Below are positions 1-22,568 of a DNA stretch of 64,000 bases, piece after piece. A program made the translations under genes and the position numbers. Source of the DNA: Salpingoeca rosetta (Eukaryota > Protista > Choanoflagellata); assembly GCA_033442325.1 (NCBI GenBank), contig JAWQFM010000017.1, forward strand, positions 163,454 through 227,453, written 5' to 3'. The first letter of the stretch is position 1. Each line of letters begins with the position of its first letter. The notes beneath the pieces were generated by a model. That model ran no database searches. It was not told the DNA's origin and saw only the letters and a program-made list of their open reading frames with translations.

Positions 1-315
1 GTCTTTTATGAATGGAATCAACGAAATTCAGCAACGGTGACAGTGAATGTGCGTGCGCGTGTGTTGGGTGTGCATCATGGACTGAGCCACCAACATGGAT
101 GGATGAACGCACCACCAACATGGAAAGCGGGCAGTGAAACGATAACCCCCCTCCCTCCCTCCCTCTCGTGGAAAGAAAGTAACGGCAGCGGGAATACGGC
201 AGAGGGGGGAGAGAAAGCGGGAGAAAACAGCAGAAGAAGAAGAAGAAGAAGAACAACAACAACAACAACAACAACAAGAATGGGAAGGAAGGCGCGCACT
301 GTGTTGTGACGTGAA

Positions 316-2337
316 TTAGGTGATGATGGGGTTGTTGAACTGGTAGTCGTCATGCTTTGGCGCCTTGATGGCCCGACGCAGCTGCAACATCGCACACACA
401 CACACGTGCATATGTAAGAATACATGTGTGTGTATGTGTATGTGTGCGTGTGCGTGTGTGATGTGTGTGTTGTCATGGGGTGAGGAAGAGCGAACTGCGG
501 GAAAATGCGCTGTCGCCAACACAACAAACAAACAAAACAACGCCATGCGCGCAAGTGAACATGTGCACATGTAATTGTCCAACACGCCTTCCACCCCATC
601 CCACGCTCCTGCTGCATTCCCCCCCCCCCCCTCTCTCTCTTCATGCGAAGACGTACGCGGAGGACAAGGACGATGGTGAGGGCGAACCAGAGCGGGGTAG
701 CAATCCAGGTGCCAAAGCCGCTGATGAGGATGTATCGAGACGCACTGCGGTTGTCCTGCTCAAGGTTGTTCACGCACTCGTTCAGCGACTGCTTGCCGCA
801 CAGCTGCAAAGGGGATGGGCGCATCAAGTGTGGAAGAGTCGTCAATACGGGAGACGGTGGTGGTGGGGCACGAGGTCGGCATGAATGACGAATGGGGCGA
901 TCGTGTGTGCCTTTCAATCCCGCTTGCAAACACAAACACAAACACAAACACACACACACACATATACACACATGCACACACACACACACATGCACACAAA
1001 CACACACACATGCACACACACACACACACCTTGGAGAGGTTTGAGGTGAGAATGCCGGTGACAGCAAGCATGATGACAAAGGCGGAGACGGCGATGGACA
1101 GCTCAAAGCCAACAAACTTGGACCGGCTGTTGCGTGGGCGTGTTGGAACGACGGTGCGAGGAGAGGGGAAAGTGGGTGAGGGTATCAAGAATGGTTGCAC
1201 ATCTGTATTCACGTTAAGTAATCGAGCATGTTTGCATGGGTGCAGCAGCAACAACGTCGAGGTCGTACGCGCCCATACCCAAAGCTGGAGCGGCAGATGT
1301 TGATGGCACTGGTGATAATAATGGATGACGGGGGCGGTGTGTGAGTGAAGCAAGTGGTAAAGGAAGCAGAACGGGCCATGCACCAGACACACAGACACAC
1401 GGGGCAGAGGCTTAAGCCTCGCACGCATATCCTCGCACACACACACACACGCACGCACACACACACACACGCACGCACGCACACGCACGCACGCACGCAC
1501 GCACGCACACGCACACACGCACACACGCACACACGCACACACGCACACACGCACACACACGCACACACACACGCGCGCGCGCTCACGTGATTGCGAGGAA
1601 GAGAAAGGCGATGACGCAGAGGCCAACGTGGGAATAGAGGATAAAGTCGCAGTTGCCAGACTGGTCCGGGTGCTTCTGGTTGTACACACAGCCGCCGTTG
1701 TATTTCCTGAAGGCATTCGGTAAACGTGAGTGGGGGGTGGATGACACGCGCGGTGATGTTGATGCTCCCGGTGGTCATGGCAGTGGAGTTGATGAGAGAA
1801 GATCAACAAGGTCACACATGGGCGACTCACTTGTTCAGGGAAGCCATGCCGGCGGCACCAACAGCTCCTGATACGCACGCGATGTGAACCACATTGTTAT
1901 GCACGCATTGGTGGTCGTGCGTGACAGGGAGCAGGACGAAGAGGGTGAGAGTTGGAGAGCGAGCTCGAGCACGTGTGTCAGCCACGCGTATGCAATACAA
2001 AGTGACACACGGACACACAAGCAAAGGCAAACGCAAAAGCAAAAGCACATACACACATACACACACATAAACACATGCACATACACATGCACATACACAC
2101 ATGCCCATACACATGCACACATGCACACATACACACATACACATGCACACCTGCGACGCCCAAGCAGAGGTAGAGGAGGCCGCGCAGGAAGAAGGAGAAG
2201 ACGGAGCAGCAATCGCGGCCATCAGCGTAGATGCCGCGGTTGCCGGACGGCGACGTCGCAGAGTAAGTTGTAGATGACGACGACGACGACGACAACCCGT
2301 GGGTCCCCCGCCCAGAGTGCACCTCCTCGTCAAACAT
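316..2337 (-). CDS. TMEM179-like four-transmembrane protein (multi-exon)
   Basis: Joined exons read MFDEEV...[13 protein letters not shown]|[12 protein letters not shown]|[43 protein letters not shown]|...|[31 protein letters not shown]|[13 protein letters not shown]...[23 protein letters not shown]|[21 protein letters not shown]. Four hydrophobic helices with Cys pairs in both loops resemble the TMEM179 layout. One internal exon is not fully resolved. Confidence 0.6.
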
Positions 2338-2508
2338 CGCGCACGTGTGTGCTGTGTCTGTCTGTGTGCTGGTCTCAGTGCAGTCCTGCTCTGCTGTGTG
2401 TGTTGCTTTGCTCTGTATCTTGTGCGCGCGCTTTGTGCTTTCCGTCTCTTCTTCCAAATCAACAACCAATTATCGGACGCTGCACAACAGCGCACGTCAA
2501 CAAAAGAG

Positions 2509-3356
2509 ATGGTGTGGGAGAGCAGTGGCCTGCCGCACGCGCTGCGGGCATCCGTTGGGGACCTTGGTGGCAAGGAGGGTGCCGCTGCGGTGCTGCGAGA
2601 GTGGAGCAGGTCTGTGCAGAATGACGCCAGCGTGTGGGTCGAGCGCCTGGTCGCGGCACAGGCGCCAGCGAGCGGGGACGGCAACGGTGACACCGCCGGT
2701 GCTGCCGCTGGTGGGGTTGACTGGGTGGACCCCATCTCCGGGTGTAGCGCCGTGCACTTTGCCGCCAAGAGCGGGTGTGATGGCGTGGGTGATGACGACG
2801 CAGCTGCGGTCATCATGTCAGACCTCATTCGCAAGGGTGCAGACACAAACAAGGCCTGCGCATACGCACACATGACCCCGCTGCACTACGCTGCCTACTT
2901 TGGCTGCACCGCTGTCCTGGCCATCCTCCTGCGAAGCAGATCAGCCACGGGGCAGGTGTGTTTGTGTGTCTGTGTGTGTCTGTCTGTCTGTCTGTGTGTC
3001 TGTGTCTGTGTGTCTGTGTCTGTCTGTCTGCCTGTGTGTGTCTGTGTGTTCGTGTGTGTGTCTGTGTGTGTCTGTCTGTCTGTCTTTCTGTCTGCCTGTC
3101 TGTGTGTTCGTGTGTGTGTCTGTGTGTTCGTGTGTTCGTGTGTCTGTCTGTCTGTGTGTGTGTGTGTCTGTCTGTGTGTTTGTCTGTCCATGTCCACCTG
3201 TCTCTTGCTGCCTGTGATACACTCGAGACTCACCGTCACAACGACAAACACCAATACACCAACAAGGTGGACGTGAACAAGGTGTGCGACACAAGACGCA
3301 ACAGCACCGCCCTACACTTTGCTGTCATGGGCGGTAACGTCGGCTGCGTGCAGGTA

Positions 3357-3391
<35 letters not shown>

Positions 3392-4103
3392 TGGTGGCAC
3401 AACTTGTGCGTGTCGTGCGGATGCATGCACTGTGTTTTGGTCGCCGCCGCCCGTTCGCACCCCGGTCACTCATACACACCCTCTCACCATGCCAATGCAT
3501 CCCCCAGACACTCGTTGAGGCCAATGCAAACACGGAGCTGAAGGATGACGATGACCGCAAGCCCATCGACGTTGCCCGCCAACTTCTCGCTGCACCCGGC
3601 GAGTTTGACGACACGGATGCCCTCAAGGAGATTGTCACCATATTGGAGGTGTGGTTGCGCGTGTGTGTGTCCGTGTGTCTGTGTGTCTGTGTCTGTGTCT
3701 GTGTGTGTGTGGGTGTGTGTGGGTGTGGGTGTGGGTACCTGTACGTGTGTGTGGGTGTGGGTACCTGTACGTGTGTGTGTCTGTGTGTATCTGTGCTCAT
3801 CTCCCTCTTTGCGTAGATTCGCCTGCGCCAGTTTGTGGTTCTCCGCCCCTCACCTCTCACACCATCCCAAACCGCCCGCCCCTCCGCCCCACCCACCTGC
3901 TCTGTGTGTCGTGAGCAGAAGGAAGGTGCACGGTTTGTCAACTACACGGGCCCGCGCAAACTGCCTGCACCTGCCACACCGCCGCCACTCGACTCCCCGG
4001 CACACATCCTCCCGCACCACCTCGGCCGGCCCCTCCACGACGGTGCGATGGCGGGCCTCTATGTGTGTGTGTGTGTGTCTGTGTATCTGTGTGTCTATGT
4101 GTA

Positions 4104-4150
<47 letters not shown>

Positions 4151-4354
4151 GTTTGTTTCTGTGCGTGCACTCGTGTGTCGTTTTGTGCCTGCACTCACTC
4201 TACCGTCTCCCCCCCCCCTCAACTTCTTTGCAACCATCACAGAGGTGTCTGACACGAGCTCTGTCATGGGGAGTCAGATTGGTGACGAACCAATCAATGT
4301 CAGTACTGAGCAAAATCCACGTGTATGTGTGTGTCTGTGTGTCTGTGTGTCTGT

Positions 4355-4398
<44 letters not shown>

Positions 4399-4948
4399 GT
4401 GTGCATGCAACTGTGTGTGTCCCTTTGCAACGCAGAAAGTCTCTCTTCACCTCCCCTCCCCCCCCCCTTACACACACACACCACCGTCACCATCCTCTTG
4501 TCCGTCCGCCCTGACGCCCCACATCAGGTTGGCGACCGCGTGTATGTGCACAACAAAGGCGCGGGCCTGGTGCGCTTCAAAGACAAGACCAAGTTCCGGC
4601 CGGGGGTGTGGTATGGTGTGCAGCTTGATGAGCCCGTTGGCAAGAACAACGGCACCGTGGGATATGTCACATACTTCCGCACAAAACCAAAGCACGGTCT
4701 GTTGGGGGGGGGCAGAGGATGAGGAGTGTGATGGGAACAAGAGGGGGGCGTGTGTGAGTCCGGCTCGGCCCTCTTTCCTCTGTGTGGGGTGCCGCGAACG
4801 TGCACGGCGCACATCTCCCTCTGTGGTTTTTTGTCNNNNNNNNNNNNNNNNNNNNNNNNNNNNNNNNNNNNNNNNNNNNNNNNNNNNNNNNNNNNNNNNN
4901 NNNNNNNNNNNNNNNNNNNNNNNNNNNNNNNNNNNCTGTCTGTCTGTC

Positions 4949-4996
<48 letters not shown>

Positions 4997-6569
4997 TGTG
5001 TTTGTTTGTCTGTGTAGCCCCGTGCTTGTCTGCGTGCTTGTCTGCGTGCCTTCTTCCGTGCATTTGTTGCTTCGCCCCTGTCTCTTCCCTTGTCCGCTCA
5101 CACACCCATACACGCGTGTACACGTACACGTACACGTACACATACAGGCGTGTTTGTGCGACGCTCGCGGCTGACGAAGATCGAGGCGTCACCAGAGAAG
5201 CATGCCAGCCCGGCCCGCACCCCAATCTCAACAGCGCCGTACGTCCTTTCACCGCGTGCCGGCCGTGGAAATGTGTTGTTGGCTGTTGATATGTGTTGTT
5301 GGCTGTCGACATGTGTGTGGACTTGTGTGGGGGTGGGTGTTTGAGCTGCCTGCCACAACCCTTGCCTCGCATCCTGTCTCATGCTTCCCCCCTCAACCTC
5401 CACCACCAACACCAACACCAACACTAACACCCCAAACCAACACCAACACCAACACCCCAAACCAACACCAACACCCCAAACCAACACCAACACACCACGA
5501 CCACCCCTCCCCCCTACCAAAACAAATAGGCGGCGACGGTCGAGCCGGGCCCCAGCGCCGTTCACAGCCCCGACGTTCCGCACCAAAGGCAGCATCCGCC
5601 CAGACCACGGCAAGGCAGCCGCCATGGAGAACTACACATTCGTCCATCACGTACGCTGCTGTTAGCGGCTGCTTGCCTGCCCTACTTGTTGTAACCACAC
5701 TTGTGCTGTTCTCCCCCCCCCCCCTTGGCTGCCTCCTCTACCAACCTCTTTGCTCCTCCCCCTTTCCTCACCTCAAACACACACACACACACACTCACAC
5801 ACACACTCACACACACACGCACAGCGTGAGAGCCCGACGTCGTCGACGCACGGGTCTCAACCGACCAGCCCCGCCCTCTCCCGCCGCAGCACCACGCACT
5901 CCAACATCGGCACCCCGCGCACAGACACATCCACACCCATGGCGCGCATGCCAAGCACACGCGGCTCCGGCACACGCAAGAAGGGGTCATCGTTCAGGTC
6001 GGAGGTCCCACGTCACCTCCAACAGCAGCAGCAAGCGGCATCGCCCAAGACCCCTGCTGGCATTGACTCGTTTGGCGTGCAGTCGCGCGTGCTGTGCAGC
6101 GGCAAGATTGGCACGGTGACGTATGTTGGGCCGTCCCATCTTGGCGAGGGCACGTACATTGGCGTCATCTTCTCCCACGCACCAGACAACGGCCACAACG
6201 GCACGGTATGATGCGACAACACGTGTCTGTGTCTGTTTTCGTGTGTGTTGAAGTGTGTGCTTAGTGTGTGTGTTGAAGTGTGTGCTTAAGTGTGTGCTGA
6301 AGTGTGTGTTTGTGTGTGTTGAATTGTGCTTAAGTGTGTGTTTGTAATGTTTTGTGCTCCCATGCCTCCTCTTCTCCTTCCTTCTCTCCGTCTTCTTCCT
6401 CCTTCTCCTGCTCCTCCTCCTTGTACTCCTAACACCACGTGTCCTGCTCCCTCAGGTGGACGGCCACACGTACTTCAAGTGTGGTGCTGGACACGGCTTG
6501 CTGGTGCCCGCGACGCGCGTGCACTGGCACGGCAGGCGTGCAGATAAGGTCCTGAAGGACAATCGATGA
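2509..6569 (+). CDS. CLIP3/CLIP4-like ankyrin repeat and CAP-Gly protein (multi-exon, spans a gap)
   Basis: Ankyrin repeats [30 protein letters not shown] and [13 protein letters not shown]-Gly domains [25 protein letters not shown] (4527-4700) and [17 protein letters not shown]|[17 protein letters not shown]. The C-terminus [17 protein letters not shown] resembles the CLIP4 end. Confidence 0.85.
4836..4935. other. Assembly gap (100 N)
   Basis: Run of N within a CLIP3/4-like intron. Confidence 1.
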
Positions 6570-6871
6570 GCGAACCACGAACGCCCGCACGTGCACTTAC
6601 TACGCACGCGCTCTTATGCACAGACACGTGCATCAACAGCAAACCTGCGTTCTTGCGTTTGGTGATGGCGAGGCTGGCGAGGCTGACGATGCTTTCTCTT
6701 CTTCCTCTTCCTCTTCTTCTTCCTCCTGCCCTGCAACTTTCATGCTTTCCTGTTCACCCTTGCTTCTGTACACTTGACCACTTGAACACATGCAACGTGT
6801 GGATGACTCGTGGAGAGTGATGTGACCTGTGACATGATGTGACCTGTGATGTGAGCGAGACAAAGTGTTCA

Positions 6872-7023
<152 letters not shown>

Positions 7024-7323
7024 CAAGCAAGTTCAAACCTTGGCGGAGCGGGCACGCGATCAGCCCGATCACGCCACTTCGCCACCGCCACGATGGCGAG
7101 TGCGACTAATGCGCACGTGCCGAACTAATCTATGTGCACAACATACAAAAGCTTGACATATCCACCGCACCTTTCACCTTTTTGCAGTTTTCGCGGTTGC
7201 GAAAGCTATTGCCAAATCGCTCTTCTTTTGGCTGGCCAACCGTTTGCCGCACCACACACACTTCTCGTGCTCCACAACAAACAAGACCTTGTGCCACCCC
7301 TCCTCCTCGCTCGCTTGCTCGAG

Positions 7324-11003
<3,680 letters not shown>

Positions 11004-11451
11004 ACACGCGGGAGAATTGCCTACAGGCACGCGCACGTGCATGACTGCGTGCGTGTGTTCGCAGCGTGTGTGCTTCAAGGTGTGGCCAGGTTGTGTGCCT
11101 AATGCTGACTGCTCGCGTGCATGATGATGTTGTGCTCGCTTTCTCTTCTCTCTTTTGTCTCGTGCATTTCTTCTGATTGTCCACTACTACTCTCCCGTTT
11201 GTTTGCCTTGTGCTTTGTAGTATTCCTGCCCGCCCTTTGTTTCCCTCTGCCCCTGTTCCCTTTGCAGTTTTGTTTCATGTGTATGCCAACACGTGCGGGT
11301 GCACACGCGTGTGCGTGCTGGTTTGCATATTGAAATGTGTAATAGATGACTTGCCAGTCACACGATCACACGATGGATGGAAGGGGAAGCTGGATAGCAG
11401 AACACAAACTAATGGGGGTGGTGGTATGGATGGGAGTCTTTGTGTTTGGGC

Positions 11452-15011
<3,560 letters not shown>

Positions 15012-15126
15012 GATGCAGGGGGTTGTTGATGCGTGCGGCAGTGGCTGGTGCGCGGTTGTTCTCTTGCTCGTCGTATGGGATGAGGCAATCGACTACACTT
15101 TATGCTGTTGTGTACAGACATCCACG

Positions 15127-15398
15127 ATGAACTTGATTGTCGCTGTCGCGGTTGTGGTGTGCTTGGTGTTGTCGCACCGTGTGGCGGGTGCTGTTGCTGG
15201 TGCTGGTGGTGATGACGGTGAGAACCAGGCCATCACAAGCTATGCGGTGGACCACGCACTTGGCTCGGGCCCATTCTCCCCAAGGTGAGCGTCTTGGGGG
15301 TTTTGGTCGGTGAATGGCTTCAGGGGGAAAGGGAACGTAACAGGAACAACTCGATGTGCTGTGGCATGATACAATCACACGACAATTGCCAGCAGTGT

Positions 15399-15492
<94 letters not shown>

Positions 15493-15969
15493 TGATGTGA
15501 TGTGATGTGAATTGCATGCCTCACGCACATGCATGTGCGTGGCTTGTATCTCGTCGTGTAACGTGTCTGCCAACGATAGGGGAACCATCCAAGTGAAGTC
15601 ACAGACGAAAGGTGTCCTCGAGCAAACCGTGACACCGGACTTTGCAGAGCGCCTCTTTGTACGTTATGAACATGGAATCACACCCGGGGGGAGGAGGAGG
15701 AGGGGAAGGATGCCGTGGCTGCGCGACTGTGAAGGTTCGCTTCTTTCTGTTCCCTGCGTCACATTACGCTGTTGTCGCGCTTTTGCATCCTATGGTGCAG
15801 GTGGCGGCAACAGAGGGTCAGATGTACCGCGTGCGCGTGCGATCTCAGGTGGACAGCAGCGGCGCAGAGGTGGTGGCAGAAGGATTCTTGCCCGCGTGCA
15901 ACCTCTACGCTTCCGGTTTCATGGACAGCATGATCCTGCACGTCAACGACAACGGTGTGTGTAGGGGGG

Positions 15970-16018
<49 letters not shown>

Positions 16019-16474
16019 TGCGTGGTTGTGTGTGTGTGCATGTGTATGTGCATGTGTATGTGTGTGTGCATGTGTGTGTGCATGTGTATGTACATGTGTG
16101 TGTCTGTCTGTCTGTCTGTCTGTCTGTCTGCCTGTACCCTTCCGCTAACCGGCCAACGGTGCTTTGTTTTGTGGCAGGCGCTGTCTATGCCGTGTCGGAG
16201 TCAACGTCCAGCGAGTGCCCCGCAACACTCAAGCAGGTGTGTCTGTGTGCCTTTGTGTCTGTGTCTGTGTGTCTGTGTGTGTCTGTGTCTGTGTGCGTGT
16301 GTGTGTATGTGTCTGTGTGTGTCTGTGTATTCAACCCATTTCCTTCCGTTCCCCTTTGCTTACACCTCCCCCCCCCCCCAACACACCACGTCCACTGTCA
16401 GGCGTCCCTCAAGCCACGCACAACCGTCACGTTTGTCCGTCCCAACACTGGCCCATCGTGAGTGCATGTTCTAC

Positions 16475-16569
<95 letters not shown>

Positions 16570-17088
16570 TGTCCGTGTCCGTGTCCGTTCCCGTGTCCGT
16601 GTGTTCATCGCCACTTCCACTCATTCACAACCCCGCGGCTCCTCTCCTTTTTTTCTCATCACCGCCGCCACCGCCGCCACCACCACACCCTGCAGCCCCA
16701 ACATGGCCGAGTTCGTTGAGAAGGTCAAGGAGAAAGAAGCCAAGGAGAAGGAGCCCGAACAGAAGTCCTTCTGGGACAGAATGGTGCGTATATGCTGGCA
16801 TCTGTTTGTGCTTTTTTCTCCTTGTCTGCCTCCATCTGTCTGTCTGCCTTCCTTGCTGTCACGCTGCTCTTTCCTTGGTCGTCCTAACCTCTCCCACCAC
16901 CACCACCATCATCATCACTATCACCATCACCATCACCACCACCATCATCACTATCATTATCATCATCACCACCACCATTCTCGCCACGATGCTATCATCG
17001 CCAGTGGGTGTACATTGTGCCGCTCGTCGTTGTGCAGATCATCAGTGCGTATATGCAATCCGGCAAGAAGGGCGAAGGCGCCAAGTAA
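15127..17088 (+). CDS. EMC10: ER membrane protein complex subunit 10
   Basis: Signal peptide MNLIVAVAVVVCLVL, then DHALGSGPFSPR|GTI, YRVRV, LPACNLYASGFMDSMILHV and EQKSFWDRM|WVYIVPLVVVQII (TM). This follows the EMC10 pattern. Confidence 0.85.
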
Positions 17089-17286
17089 ACGGAAGCACTC
17101 GCGACTGTGGCCGCGATGTTGATGTTGGTGGTGTTGATGGTGTTGTTGATGGTGGTGTTGATGGTGTTGTTGATGGTGTAGCTTGTGATTGTTTGATGGT
17201 GTTGATGGTGGTTGCAGACCTGTTGTTGCGAGATGTGATGTTGACGACGTTGGTGTCTCTGCACTCGGCACACCGACCAGCTGGTG

Positions 17287-17318
<32 letters not shown>

Positions 17319-17462
17319 ACACATACACACACACAAATATGCATGCTTTGTGTCGCATCATACCGTGTGGTGGTCTTTGTGTTCTAACTCTCGCTGCGCT
17401 TGTGGTGTAGTCATGTCACATTGTCGCCTGAACCGTGTTTGGCGGTCATAAACAGTTCAGCG

Positions 17463-17513
<51 letters not shown>

Positions 17514-17765
17514 GGAGCGGGTCCTTTATGGGAGATGGTGGGATATGCTTACACAAATGCGACGGGTGCAGCACAGCACACACACACACACACACATACA
17601 CACACACACATACGCAACTGGATCGCTCGCGTGTCGCATGCACGCCATGTCACAACAACACATGCACACACACACACACACAAACGCACACGCACACATG
17701 CACATGCACACACAGCACACACAACGCAGTACACAAACGCACACACACAGGATACAAACAAGCCA

Positions 17766-18740
17766 TCAGTGCCTGGTGCCGACTGCGGCCTTGTCCTTCT
17801 GCAAGTTGTGTTTGCGTCTGTTCTTCAGTGCCTTATCGAGCTTGCCCGACTTCTTCAGCTTCTCAAACTTGCTCAGCAGCTCCAGCTTCTTCTGGTCGGC
17901 TGTTGGCGTGACGGCGTGGTCGTGGCGGGTGAGATTAATGGCGTGAACACATGGCAGCATGCACGTGTACACGCGTCAACACGATTGCACCATGGACCAA
18001 GTCTTCTCACCACGACCACACGCACACACACATCACACACACACATCACACACACACACATCACACACACACATCACACACACACACACACACATCACAC
18101 ACACACATCACACATCATAGGCACGCACATTTCTTGAGGAAGTATTTGCCCTTTGAGTCCTTGACCATCTTGTTGCGCTTCACCTTTGCCTCTCGCTGCC
18201 GCGCCTTCTGCTCACGCGCTTTCTCCTGCGCACCCGACACGCGCATGAAGGTAGGTGTGGAGGAGAGGTGGGGGTGGGTTAGGTGAACTATGTGTTGCTT
18301 TCGGGAGGGATGAACATGACAGAGCATGGGAGGGCATGGGAGGGCGTGGCGTGGTTCTGCGTGGGTGCACCTGTTCCTTCATGCTCTGTAGCAACCGCTG
18401 CAACTCCTGCTTGCGCTCTGCGTTCTTGACCTTCTTCAACCCTGCACCACGCATGGAGGATGGAGAAATGAACATGATGTGTGATGTGAGAAGTGTGCAA
18501 ACAATAGGCATGCACGAGCAGGATATGTGCAGGTGTTCCAGCAAAGAACGTCCACGTGCACATGTCAACGACACAGGCGTCAACGAAACGCAGCGCACGT
18601 TTCTGGATCTGCTTCATCTCGGCCTTGCGCTTTTCATCCAGGAACCCGTATGCCTGTTGGAACTGCTGCTCGTCCAGCGTGCCGCACTTGCTGTCAAAGC
18701 GGGGATCCCTGTCATGGCAGCGTGTGCATGTGCATGTGTG

Positions 18741-18771
<31 letters not shown>

Positions 18772-19031
18772 TGCAATTGAGAAGATGAGAGGCCCACTCG
18801 CTCTGCACGTCCAACACACACACACACACACACATACACACACACGCATACACACACGCATACATATATGCACACACATGCACACACACACATGCACACA
18901 CACACGCACTCACATGCACACACATGCACACACACGCACTCACACTCTCACCTCGCTTTGCGCGGGGCAGCGATCACCCTGCGCACCGCAGGCGGTCTCT
19001 TCTTGGACGACATGCTCACGGGCGCAGACAT
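17766..19031 (-). CDS. RRP36: rRNA biogenesis protein RRP36
   Basis: PVSMSSKKRP, RDPRFDSKCGTLDEQQFQQAYGFLDEKRKAE, KGKYFLKK and KKLELLSKFEKLKKSGKLDKALKNRRKHN. Start codon is uncertain. Confidence 0.88.
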
Positions 19032-19365
19032 GGCGATGGGTGGATCCACACGGAGCGAGAGATGGGGTTAGGGGGGAAGAACGATCCTTCAAAGGTGGGA
19101 GGTGGTTGGAGCAAAGTGCGCGTTGAAACCCACGTGTGTATTGGCTGTTGTGTGTGTGTGTGTGTGTGTGTGTGAATGGATTGCGCGTTTTTCTTCTTCT
19201 TCTTCTTGTTCAAGTCTTCTCCAACAACGACGACGAACGACTGCCTCTTTGCTGACTTGCTCTGTTTGCCTCACTCACCTACACACACTCACACGCATAC
19301 ACGCGCTCTCTCCCTCGGTCTTGCCTGCTGCTGCTGCTGCTTCCCACCCACACATTATTGGCGGC

Positions 19366-20880
<1,515 letters not shown>

Positions 20881-20964
20881 GTCAGTGCGTGTGTGCGTGT
20901 CTGTCTGTCTATCTGTCTGTACGACATTGCAAGTGTTGTACTCCTCTGCAATCGTTTCTTTGGT

Positions 20965-21005
<41 letters not shown>

Positions 21006-21246
21006 CAACGCACACACACACACACACTCACACACACACACAACTCTCTGACAGGACACGGGCCTCTTTGGTTGACACACACACACACAACCTCTCTCAA
21101 ACACACATGCAAAGCGTAAACAACACGCGTACACGTATAAAGGAACGGCTGTGCATCTCTCTCTCTTTCATCGTCATCATCATCTTCTTCTATGCCTGAC
21201 GTTGGTGAACGAGTGAGGACACACACGCACGCACACACATGCACGC

Positions 21247-21286
<40 letters not shown>

Positions 21287-22237
21287 CACACACACACAAC
21301 ACCAACGCAACAAGAGCAGGTGTACGTTTCTTTCTTTTTGTTCTGTTGTTGTGACGCTCATTGTCACCACCACCACTTGGGGCTCATATCAAGTGTAAGT
21401 GCATTCACATCGAGGGACGGGGTTGTTTTGGCCCACAGCAGAGCACCACACACAACGCACGCAACACGCGGTGGAGGCAAAAGCAGCACAAAGCCAGCCG
21501 CAGCTGACATTGTGTGCCCGCCTCAAAAACACACACGCTTGATGGCCACGCGCAAGTGTGTGTTGCCGCTGGATCACGTAATGTGATCCATCCCACTTCA
21601 ACTAAATGCTTATGATGAGAGTAATCACCGCCCGCGGGTTTTGGGGGGAGCTGCAGACACAGCTCCACATTGAAACAGGGGATGCACACGAGCCATTGAA
21701 ACAGACACACAAAGAGGAGAAAGTAGTACGCTTCAGGCAGGTTACTCGTCACCGACAGCAGATCTCCCCCCATGCCGCAGACATGCCATCACAACACAAC
21801 ACCCCAACACCAAACCAGAACCAACCAACCACGCAGCCAGCCACAAAAGCAGGCGCAACTGCCGCCAAAGCACCAACACAACACCAAGCCTAAATCCCTT
21901 GTCCCCCAGCGCAAGCACAGTGGTCACATCAGTTCAAGCCCAGCGCAAATCGTGGCACCGCAAACACCACACGCGGCTCAAAGACACGCCAGATGGGCGG
22001 AGCGCGCAGGCTGCAGTACACACAACCACGGGACGTTGAAAGGCGTGCCACTGCGTCATGCGTGAAGAAAAGGAACAGGCAAGTGAAGCGTGGCACGAAC
22101 GGCGGTCGCAAGCGGAATGGAAGCGCTGGAGAGGAAGGGGCAAGATGCAGTGAGGACATGAACAGCAGCACGTGACGGGGGAGGCTGTCTCAGATTTTGC
22201 CAGTTGCCCGCCCCTGGAAGAGGGGCGAGCACTCATT

Positions 22238-22568
22238 GCGCCAAAAATGGGAGGGGGAGAACATGTCACATGGTCACAGAGAAAGAGGTCAAGGAAGCCA
22301 AGAGGGGGTCGGGGAGAGGGCGGGCACTCCAAACAGACATGCAAACGAACACCGATATCACACTGACAACCAACAACCAACAACGTGCTTTGGCGCTCGG
22401 TGGTGAATGCCTGCTGCGTGAAGAACGATCGCACGACACACGACACACAGACATATATATGTGTGTTGGTTGAGAGAAAATTCGCTGGTGAAATTGATTG
22501 AGGCGACAGCACAAAACTTGGCGCGGGCTGGCTGTCTGTCTTGGCTTTTCGCGCGCCATTTGTTTGAA
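22238..22568. promoter_or_regulatory. Cluster of E2F-type motifs plus a CHR element upstream of the Claspin-like gene
   Basis: TTTGGCGC at 22238-22245 (minus strand), TTTGGCGC at 22389-22396, TTGGCGCGGG at ~22518-22527, and TTTTCGCGCGCCA at 22546-22558 followed after 4 nt by TTTGAA at 22563-22568. Confidence 0.5.

Noticed and set aside
21600-21790. Possible snRNA or box C/D snoRNA (ATGATGA at ~21612)
   Set aside because: I found no suitably placed box D, terminal stem or snRNA consensus.
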